64,000 bases of DNA from a virus (lineage: Duplodnaviria; Caudoviricetes). The notes under the pieces were generated by a model. The model was not told where the DNA came from and ran no database searches. It worked only from the letters and a program-made list of their open reading frames with translations. The stretch is from positions 1-64,000 of the IMG/VR virus record IMGVR_UViG_3300031867_000015; one strand, 5' to 3'. The translations under genes were made by a program, and so were the position numbers. Positions within the stretch are counted from its first letter, which is position 1. Each line of letters starts with the position of its first letter. This document shows, piece after piece, positions 37,813 to 45,381 of this stretch.

Positions 37813-38326
37813 TCTTCCTCCATTTCTGCGTTTAACCAATCACAACATTTCTGTATGATTTCTTTTGAACTGAAATAAATAATATTTCTATCACATACAC
37901 TTTCCCAGTCCCAATCATACTTTCCATATTCCGAATCAAAATATATATATAGTAGGCACGATTATCGTAATCACCTGAGAAAACAGGCTTATAATCTCTG
38001 TCATAGCACCACTTGAAAGCTAAAAGTTTATCATTAAATTCTTTTATTTTCTGTGCCTGTTCTGCGTATTCTTTTGTGAGATAGTTGGAGTAACGGTCTG
38101 TACGAATGTCATCATATTCGCCAAATAGTTTAGCATCATCGACCTTGTTAGAAACGTCCACATAAAACGCACTTTCTCCACTGTTAAGACAATTCCAGTA
38201 TTCAGCGAGAACGCTTTCTGTGTTTTTCTTTTCTTCATTTTCCTTTTCTTTCTTTATCTCTGCAAGCAGTTTATTAGTTTCTGCTATCTGTGATTCAAGT
38301 AATTCTATCTTTTCGTCAATGGTCAT
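37809..38326 (-). pseudogene. hypothetical gene frameshifted at a (TA)n tract
   Basis: removing one TA unit near 37945 gives C-terminus YFDSEYG..YFSSKEIIQKCCDWLNAEMEEE. Confidence 0.6.
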
Positions 38327-38338
38327 AGTATTTCCTCC

Positions 38339-39238
38339 TTAAATAAATTTCTTTGCAATGCTCATGCCAATTGAATTTGCAACCTTACCAAAGTTTTCAA
38401 TTTTTGATACAATCTCAGGTTCTTCTTTTAAACAATCCTCGAATATTCTCTTGCAAAGATTCTTAGCCACAATCGGCATTTCTTTTGCTCCCCAGTTCTC
38501 AGGAAGAATCCCCTCGTCAACAAGTTTGTGAAGAATCTTCGTTACTCTTGCTTCTGTTACAATGCTTTCACAAAGAGCCTTATTTTCTTCCTGTGCTTTA
38601 AGTTGTTCTGGTGTCACCACTTTAGCATGATGTTCATGTGTTTCTTGAAATTTCTCACTGACAATCTTAATATAAAACGGTGTTCTGCCATTAGGGTCAT
38701 TCAGTTTTGTCTGATTCTTAATAACAATTCCCTCGCCCATTTCACCGTCCATTTCAGTCTTACCTACAAAACTCAGGCAATGTTCCCAAGACTGGAACTC
38801 ACCTTTGTAAAATACTGGAACAAAATTAAGACCAAGTTCCTTTGCCTTTTCTTCTACGATATCCTGTGGAAGATATTTCTCTGCATCTGTATTATAGATA
38901 TCATAGGCATAGAACTGATTGTACTTTTCGTCAGGATATTTTACGGTATGTGGAACAAGCCACTCTCCAAAGAATACCAGATTATTACCAAGAACTTCTC
39001 TTACCTTGTTCTTATCAAGTGTCTGCGACCATTCGTACATTCCTCTGAGGTTATTACCAATAGAAAGAATCTGTTTTCTGCTCTGTGCAACAACACAGTC
39101 ATTCTCACTATCATATCGAATAGCGGAGTTTGCCCCATCTATTTTTTCCTGTATGACAATATAATCTCCCTTTTCAAATCCGTTTACATTCACTTCCTTA
39201 ATTCTTTCAATGTCCATAAACTTCTTATGATTCACCAT
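38339..39238 (-). CDS. RNA ligase (Rnl2-like)
   Basis: QEKIDGAN motif I, FGEW, FYAYDI, EGIVIK, KIVSEKFQE. Confidence 0.85.
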   Translation of the reverse strand: MVNHKKFMDIERIKEVNVNGFEKGDYIVIQEKIDGANSAIRYDSENDCVVAQSRKQILSIGNNLRGMYEWSQTLDKNKVREVLGNNLVFFGEWLVPHTVKYPDEKYNQFYAYDIYNTDAEKYLPQDIVEEKAKELGLNFVPVFYKGEFQSWEHCLSFVGKTEMDGEMGEGIVIKNQTKLNDPNGRTPFYIKIVSEKFQETHEHHAKVVTPEQLKAQEENKALCESIVTEARVTKILHKLVDEGILPENWGAKEMPIVAKNLCKRIFEDCLKEEPEIVSKIENFGKVANSIGMSIAKKFI

Positions 39239-39259
39239 TAATAAATCCTCCTTATAAAA

Positions 39260-39559
39260 TTATAAATTATTTAAAGATTCCATTTCGAGAATCCTTATAC
39301 CGCATCTCCCAAACCTATCACGGTCATAAGCTATATTGCAATAAAGAATAACTGGATATTCATAACTCCACGGCTCACTATCAATATTATGTTCTTGTGC
39401 ATACTCTCTAAGAGTTTCAAGTTCATTTCCTTCTTCATCGGTTTTTAATCTAATCCCGAAGAACTGCTCCCAATCTTCGGGACAATCAAAATTATCTCTC
39501 ATTTTTTCCACAAAAGAAATAAACTCGTCACGACTATTCAATTTGTAGAATCTACTCAT
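39260..39559 (-). CDS. hypothetical protein
   Basis: RBS aaggag. Confidence 0.55.
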   Translation of the reverse strand: MSRFYKLNSRDEFISFVEKMRDNFDCPEDWEQFFGIRLKTDEEGNELETLREYAQEHNIDSEPWSYEYPVILYCNIAYDRDRFGRCGIRILEMESLNNL

Positions 39560-39596
39560 TTACAATTCACTCCTTGTTTTGATATAAAAAATAAAG

Positions 39597-39686
39597 TGGG
39601 GCAAGAGGGAATCGAACCCTCGGTGTTTACCACATGGGTATTGGTTTTTAAGACCAATGCGTTTCATCCAACTTCGCCATTGCCCC
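39597..39686 (-). tRNA. tRNA-Leu(TAA)
   Basis: anticodon arm TTGGT-CTTAAAA-ACCAA, long variable arm, GGTTCGATTCC; CCA not encoded. Confidence 0.9.
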
Positions 39687-39860
39687 ATTAATGAGACTTC
39701 TTTTTACAAGTCAAGTCCCCAATATCTTGCGTATACGATATGGATATTGCTCTTGGAATCCATTAACACCACCGCTTAAAGTAGGGAACGATTTACACAC
39801 CAAAAATGTTGCAACGTTGGTGTCATCCCATCTTTCTTAAAGGAAAAGCGATATTCCTAT

Positions 39861-39943
39861 TGGTGTCCTCTATGAGAGTCGAACTCATACGCTTTCGCAA
39901 CTGATTTTGAATCAGCCATGTCTACCAATTCCATCAAGAGGAC
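39861..39943 (-). tRNA. tRNA-Leu(CAA)
   Basis: GCTGA-TTCAAAA-TCAGT, GAGTTCGACTCTC, ends ACCA. Confidence 0.92.
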
Positions 39944-40021
39944 TTATGTATGCCCTACCAAGTAGGGCTATATGGAGGAACACGTTATGTCAGAACGTGT
40001 GAAGATTGCTTGCCCTGACAA

Positions 40022-40696
40022 TCAGGGCATCTTAGGAGGTGGCTTACTATGACAAGTCAAATTATATTTGTTTTTAAGTTTATCTTCTATAAATTCAATA
40101 GCAACTTTTTCTCCTTGATTTTTCACTAATCTATTAATATAATTAGTTCCTATATCTGGAATTAAAGAAGCCCATTGTCTACCACTTAATGTTACCGTAG
40201 CTGTAATATAATTAGTAGTAGATTTAAACCTTGTATTTGTTTCAACATCAATCCACCTACAATTATCTGGTGTATAATTTTTATTATCTTCGACCCTATC
40301 AATGGTCAAATTACTTTTATAGTTGTTGTGCAAAGCCCATATTTCAAACAATCTCGGATTATCTATCCATTCTTGACATACTCTTATACCTTTAGCACCA
40401 TAAAATTTATAGTCTTTGCTATCAGGAATATAGCATCTTCTTAGTATACCATGAAAAATATGAGCCAATCTTTTATCATCTATTTGATTTGATTTTATTT
40501 TAATATCTCCGTATACTAACCAGTGAGGACATTTGTAAACTATATTATGAGATATCTTTGAATATCTAAATGTCTTACATTCTCCACATTCACATTTTGC
40601 AATATACATTTTGTGTCCATCATTTGACTTTTCATCTGACACACCAACGATGGTGTATATACCATATTTTTCTCCGATGTGATTAATATTTAGCAT
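40022..40696 (-). CDS. HNH-type endonuclease in tRNA cluster
   Basis: RCY..YGAKGIRVCQEW, LTIDRVEDNKNYTPDNCRW; start MLNINH behind aaaggag. Confidence 0.8.
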   Translation of the reverse strand: MLNINHIGEKYGIYTIVGVSDEKSNDGHKMYIAKCECGECKTFRYSKISHNIVYKCPHWLVYGDIKIKSNQIDDKRLAHIFHGILRRCYIPDSKDYKFYGAKGIRVCQEWIDNPRLFEIWALHNNYKSNLTIDRVEDNKNYTPDNCRWIDVETNTRFKSTTNYITATVTLSGRQWASLIPDIGTNYINRLVKNQGEKVAIEFIEDKLKNKYNLTCHSKPPPKMP

Positions 40697-40936
40697 CTCC
40701 TTTATTATAATGTTTTGATTGTGAGTATCAACTCTGCCCGATTCTAATACCATTAATGACAGTAACAAAAATCGAACTCATATGAACTACACTGTCATAT
40801 GTATTATGCGGTAGATTAGCCCCTACCGCAAGGCAGAAAGGAGGTGTTACAAATGCATCTGGTTATTGGTGTTAGATTGGAGGGGACTACACAACTGTCC
40901 CTAACAGCTTGACTGCTATTGTGTACCCAATCTAAT

Positions 40937-41010
40937 TGGTGGGAACAGAGAGAATCGAACTCTCAACTAATCCTTAAAAGGGACTTGTTTTACCATTAAA
41001 CTATATTCCC
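40937..41010 (-). tRNA. tRNA-Lys(TTT)
   Basis: AGTCC-CTTTTAA-GGATT, GAGTTCGATTCTC, ends ACCA. Confidence 0.92.
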
Positions 41011-41290
41011 AGTAATATGCTGTTCAAAACCACCAACCAAACAGCACTTGCGAACTCCATCTATCACATATCCGCAGTTCCTACAGTTCACTATCCTATC
41101 CGCATTTCAGCGAATCACATCATTGACCACTCCACTGACAAGTATAGTCAATTACCATTCCGAATTTCAATAGCCTTTGGCAAGAAGGTCTATCTACACC
41201 GTTACCTTTTTTGAAAGTAAATCTTTCACATCTTCTTATTTATTGGAGAGATGAAGTAGACACGGTTCTCTTAACACATAATTGTCCCAT

Positions 41291-41366
41291 TGGTTGTGGA
41301 TGTGAGATTTGAACTCACGTATGCAGGAGTCAAAGTCCTGTGCCTTCACCGCTTGGCGAATCCACA
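41291..41366 (-). tRNA. tRNA-Gln(TTG)
   Basis: CAGGA-CTTTGAC-TCCTG, GAGTTCAAATCTC, ends ACCA. Confidence 0.92.
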
Positions 41367-41437
41367 TTATACATTTTACTCTTTGTACTATTTAATATAC
41401 AGAGATTAGGTTTTTTATTTCCCTCTCTCTGTATATT

Positions 41438-41466
41438 ATTATAGCACACTATTTCTTATTTGTCAA
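41438..41466 (-). promoter_or_regulatory. sigmaA promoter of tRNA operon
   Basis: TTGACA-17-TATAAT. Confidence 0.85.
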
Positions 41467-41676
41467 GGGGTAAATTATATATTTTTTTCATTTAACTAAT
41501 TCTCTTATCTGATTCTGAACATTCTTTAATTCATTTTGAATTTTTACATCTGAGATAGAATTGATAATAGAATCAAGTTTGACAATAATATCATTTACAT
41601 TCTGAGAATTTGCGTACTTTACCTTGTTATTCAACACATTCTTAGTAAAGATACAATTTCCATTTTCTTTTCCTCC

Positions 41677-42021
41677 TTAATTTTTAATAAGACCAAGCTG
41701 AATCATAATACAAGCATCAACTCTGTTCATAGTCTCATCGTCTACCTTGCCTATATACTGACGAAGTATCGTTTTGTTGACTGTTTGTATTTGTTCTGCT
41801 AAAGCTGTGGATTCTTTGAGAAGTCCTCCACTTTTAATTGTTGTATGTATTGGTAATGTTTTTTTATTCTTTGAAGTCAATGGTATTACCTGTACCGTTG
41901 GTGCGTGTGCATTACCAATATCATTCTGAATAATTAATACTGGTCTGAGTCCACCTTGTACGGAACTGTGTTCGTCAAGGATGGGTAGCCTTGCCATATA
42001 AATACTACCTCTTGTAAGCAT
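41677..42021 (-). CDS. mazF: PemK/MazF family endoribonuclease (orphan)
   Basis: QGGLRPVLIIQNDIGN..PLTS..ALAEQI, close to B. subtilis EndoA. Confidence 0.9.
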   Translation of the reverse strand: MLTRGSIYMARLPILDEHSSVQGGLRPVLIIQNDIGNAHAPTVQVIPLTSKNKKTLPIHTTIKSGGLLKESTALAEQIQTVNKTILRQYIGKVDDETMNRVDACIMIQLGLIKN

Positions 42022-42043
42022 TTAATATCCTCCTTGTAATTAA

Positions 42044-42072
42044 ATTATAGAACAGATGTTCTTATTTGTCAA
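42044..42072 (-). promoter_or_regulatory. sigmaA promoter with LexA/DinR SOS box in spacer
   Basis: TTGACA-aataaGAACATCTGTTC-TATAAT; GAAC-N4-GTTC at 42050-42061. Confidence 0.8.
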
Positions 42073-42132
42073 TAGTAGATTGATGGAAATTATGTTATAA
42101 TTTAATGGTAATTATAATTATTCTGTGTTCAC

Positions 42133-42210
42133 TTAGTGTCGAGAACGTGAACGTAAATATTTTTCTCTTTCAATGTTATAATACTTTTTTATAACATCAT
42201 ATCCGAGATT
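42133..42210 (-). pseudogene. displaced original 3' end of tyrosine recombinase gene (includes predicted TnpB guide)
   Basis: translates NLGYDVIKKYYNIEREKYLRSRSRH*, versus recombinase tail [22 protein letters not shown]. Confidence 0.85.
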
Positions 42211-42330
42211 GAACCATTTGTCTTGTAATAAGACTTCTTTCTTGCTTCAACGTCCTCGCAACCTACTAACTCCACAAGCGTAAATTCCGATAATTCCTAC
42301 CGTACTAATTGTTTATTAGACTGCTAATAA
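42189..42330 (-). ncRNA. TnpB omegaRNA (scaffold plus guide); 5' end approximate
   Basis: IS605-type right end directly after tnpB: gtacggtaggaattatcggaatttacgcttgtggag..gaagcaagaa..ggttcaa, then flank-derived guide. Confidence 0.7.
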
Positions 42331-43428
42331 TCCTTGTTTAAGAATATTCTTAGCCGCATTAATATCCCTATCATGTTTTGCACCGCACTCAGGACAAGTC
42401 CATTCTCTTACAGATAAATCCTTAGTCTCAGGATTTATACAACCACAACAACTACACGTTTGACTACTTGGACAAAACCTATCTATCTTTGAAATAGTCC
42501 TACCATACCAATCAGCTTTATACTGCAACATCCTTACAAACTCAGACCATGAACAATCTGATATGGACTTTGCAAGGCAATGATTTTTAACCATGCCTGA
42601 TACGTTCAAATCCTCTAAACAGATTACATCATATCTACGAATTAATTCAGTAGAGAGTTTTTGTAAGAAGTCTGTTCGCTGATTAGTTATCTTGTCCCAT
42701 GCTCTTGCTAATCTGATTCTTGCTTTGTCCCAATTGTTACTACCCTTTGACTTTCGGGATAGCTGTCTTTGTAACATAACAAGTTTCTTTTCTGATTTGG
42801 CAAGATACTTGGGACTTGATATTTTATCTCCATTTGATGTGATAGCAAAATCTTTAATACCGAGGTCAATGCCTACATTGCAATCAGTCCTTGTAAACGG
42901 TTCGTAGTTCTCTTGCTCTACTAAAACAGAACAATAATATTTACCACTTGGAGTTTGACTTATTGTAGCTGATTTGATTTTACCGTCAAACTTTCTGATT
43001 CCTCTTACTTTAACCCATTTGAGTTTAGGAAGTTTTATTTTGCGATTATCAAAATTAACTTCTATTGTAGGTCTGCCAATATAATTACAATTTGTTTTAT
43101 AAGACTTGCGATTATTTTTCTTAGACTTAAACTTCGGGAATCCTTTGTGTTCCCTAAAGAACTTTTGATATGCCGAATCGAGATTAATAACAGCATTATC
43201 TAAAGCAAATTTATCTACTTCTTTTAACCATTCGTACTCAGATTTGAGTGTGCGATTTTTGTAATTATTGACATCAATTTTAGACAAAGTTATTTCTTCT
43301 GTTTTGTACTTATTTATTTTATATGCTAAACATTGATTATACACAAATCGTACACATCCAAAAGTTTTCTGTATAAGTAACTCTTGTTCTTTATCTGGAT
43401 AAAGTCTGAATTTATAACCTTTTAACAT
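42316..43428 (-). CDS. tnpB: RNA-guided endonuclease TnpB (IS200/IS605 OrfB)
   Basis: [48 protein letters not shown]; RuvC D-E-D intact; no tnpA in window. Confidence 0.95.
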   Translation of the reverse strand: MLKGYKFRLYPDKEQELLIQKTFGCVRFVYNQCLAYKINKYKTEEITLSKIDVNNYKNRTLKSEYEWLKEVDKFALDNAVINLDSAYQKFFREHKGFPKFKSKKNNRKSYKTNCNYIGRPTIEVNFDNRKIKLPKLKWVKVRGIRKFDGKIKSATISQTPSGKYYCSVLVEQENYEPFTRTDCNVGIDLGIKDFAITSNGDKISSPKYLAKSEKKLVMLQRQLSRKSKGSNNWDKARIRLARAWDKITNQRTDFLQKLSTELIRRYDVICLEDLNVSGMVKNHCLAKSISDCSWSEFVRMLQYKADWYGRTISKIDRFCPSSQTCSCCGCINPETKDLSVREWTCPECGAKHDRDINAAKNILKQGLLAV

Positions 43429-44374
43429 ACTTTTCCTTTTCTACCTCAAAATATTTCTTTATAACATTAAGACCGAGATTCATATTCATATCTATATTCT
43501 TTTTAATACTTTCAAAATCCCCACAATAACGACTTGTTGTAACAAGATTGCTGTGGTTTAAATCCCAGTTCAAGAACTGCATAGCCGCTGTGTGAGCCTG
43601 TCCCATATCGCCATACATTTCTTGGAAAAGCTGTTCAACTTTATTGGAATATAATTTTCTCAATGAATGGGTAGCGTATCTTACTTTACCATCTGTGCAG
43701 TTTTCTCTACCTTTAAGCTGTATACCCAAATCATCTACTAACTTTTTTGACATAAGATTATAGATTCTTGAATAACTTAATGGGTCAAGAATTTTATTTC
43801 CGTTCTCATCAAGTTCATACTGGAAGTCACCATTAATTTTTAAAGGTTTACCAGTCTTAGGGTCTTTAAGTTTGCGATAGTTTTTATATCCACCGTCAGA
43901 AATAATGAGCCAATCAAGCGGAGAAAAATCACCACTCCATGTTACCATAAGTACACACATCTTTATAGCATCATTGATATACATAGTACGTGGCTTTCCT
44001 GTTTTCAATTCTGAGAATAAACAGCTTTCACGGAACTTGTTATGCTCATTTAAAAAATCTATCCTCTTGATTATTCTTGCATCGGAGCATCTTACTCCCC
44101 AGTTTGCCTGTGTTACAAAGAATAATGCATCTCTGAATCCTTTATAACCACCTTGTTTGAAACAGGTTTCAAGTACCTGATTAAACACTTCTTCTGGCAA
44201 AGAATCCATGCCTATCTTTTCAGCCCTACGTTTTTCAAGTTCTTTGATTCTCTGATAATCTCCGTCCTGTATGTTTACATCGGGAACAAGGTCATCGAAA
44301 TCAATATCATCATTACCTAATCGGTCTGATATGTCAATTACCTGACATTCGTTTTCTTTTAATTTATGTATCAT
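43412..44374 (-). CDS. tyrosine recombinase/integrase family protein
   Basis: GVRCSD (R), ELKTGK (K), HSLRK (HxxR), LNHS (H), TSRY (Y). Confidence 0.85.
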   Translation of the reverse strand: MIHKLKENECQVIDISDRLGNDDIDFDDLVPDVNIQDGDYQRIKELEKRRAEKIGMDSLPEEVFNQVLETCFKQGGYKGFRDALFFVTQANWGVRCSDARIIKRIDFLNEHNKFRESCLFSELKTGKPRTMYINDAIKMCVLMVTWSGDFSPLDWLIISDGGYKNYRKLKDPKTGKPLKINGDFQYELDENGNKILDPLSYSRIYNLMSKKLVDDLGIQLKGRENCTDGKVRYATHSLRKLYSNKVEQLFQEMYGDMGQAHTAAMQFLNWDLNHSNLVTTSRYCGDFESIKKNIDMNMNLGLNVIKKYFEVEKEKYVKRL

Positions 44375-44390
44375 ATTATCCTCCTGTCTA

Positions 44391-44517
44391 TTGACTTTAT
44401 GGGTTATTCGTGTTATAATAAAAACGATAAAACTTATCGTTTCTATGTTTAGATTATATCATAGAACACGATAATTGTCAAGTGTTTATAGACATAAATT
44501 TTATCATGTTCTATGAT
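44391..44517. promoter_or_regulatory. face-to-face promoters with inverted operator pair
   Basis: + TTGACT-17-TATAAT at 44391-44419; - TTGACA-17-TATAAT at 44481-44453; atcatagaacacgataa / ttatcatgttctatgat inverted pair. Confidence 0.7.
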
Positions 44518-44552
44518 ATGTATTTGTTTATTTTCTACAAAGGGGTGATTGT

Positions 44553-44768
44553 ATGCCGAGAAGTGAAGCACAGAAAAGAGCAGACAAAAAATACATTGCT
44601 AAAACGTATAAGCGTTATGCTATTAATACAAGACTTGAATACGTTCCGACAATCGAAAAGTATATGAGTGAACACAACTTTACATCTTCATCATCTTTCT
44701 TTAATACCGCTGTCAAATATATTATTGAAAATAATATAGATATAAGTGGGATAAAAGAAAAAGAATAA
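44553..44768 (+). CDS. small DNA-binding protein (RHH/antitoxin-like)
   Basis: SEAQKRADKKY..S.FFNTAV pattern; only credible + strand gene among the early genes. Confidence 0.65.
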   Translation: MPRSEAQKRADKKYIAKTYKRYAINTRLEYVPTIEKYMSEHNFTSSSSFFNTAVKYIIENNIDISGIKEKE

Positions 44769-44776
44769 TTGTCTTA

Positions 44777-44812
44777 CCCTCAGTCAAATGACTGAGGGAT
44801 TTATTTTTTTTT
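44777..44812 (+). terminator. intrinsic terminator
   Basis: ccctcagtc-aaat-gactgaggg plus T tract. Confidence 0.8.
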
Positions 44813-45359
44813 AATACGAATCTTCCATATCACACAGTATATCACTCTGAGTTATAGGCTTATCCCAAATAGTTTCATTGATAGATATTACGAACTTTGC
44901 CGTTTCTGGATAGCTGTCTCTTGAACATTCGATGAAATGATATACGTCCTCAATGTTATATGCTTCATAGTTCATGGGCTTTATTTCCGTCCCCACTTCT
45001 CCCTTTGGAATACAGTACGCATTAAATGTCAATGTCACAACTGGCATCTGCTTTTCGTGTGAACTGTTATAAGCGTATCGTGTAAGGATATTACTTGCAT
45101 CTACGGCAGTAACCATTCCATCATAATTTGTGTCTGCAAGCCAACGCTGTGTTGATGTGAACGAGCGTTCATTCCCAACTGAAATACTCGCATATTCAGT
45201 AAGTACCATTGAAGCATCAATACCATCCACTCTACCATCAAGATTAACGTCATATCGGAGTGTCCCCATATCATGCTGTCTTGCGTGTGTGGTCATTGGT
45301 GTTGCCATACCTATTGCAAGCATGGCTGATAAAATCATTGTTGTTTTTTTCATAATCAT
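44811..45359 (-). CDS. secreted type I dockerin domain protein
   Basis: signal peptide; YDVNLDGRVDGIDASMVLTEYA and ADTNYDGMVTAVDASNILTRYA duplicated Ca-binding repeats. Confidence 0.88.
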   Translation of the reverse strand: MIMKKTTMILSAMLAIGMATPMTTHARQHDMGTLRYDVNLDGRVDGIDASMVLTEYASISVGNERSFTSTQRWLADTNYDGMVTAVDASNILTRYAYNSSHEKQMPVVTLTFNAYCIPKGEVGTEIKPMNYEAYNIEDVYHFIECSRDSYPETAKFVISINETIWDKPITQSDILCDMEDSY

Positions 45360-45381
45360 TTCTCCTTTAATTAATATTGTT

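Noticed and set aside
41490-41665. Antitoxin gene downstream of mazF
   Set aside because: The RBS-linked ATG stops after 10 codons and the other frames are interrupted; at most a decayed ORF.
42316-44374. Tyrosine recombinase as the transposase of a composite tnpB transposon
   Set aside because: The duplicated recombinase tail beyond the omegaRNA shows the recombinase is the invaded target, not part of the mobile unit.
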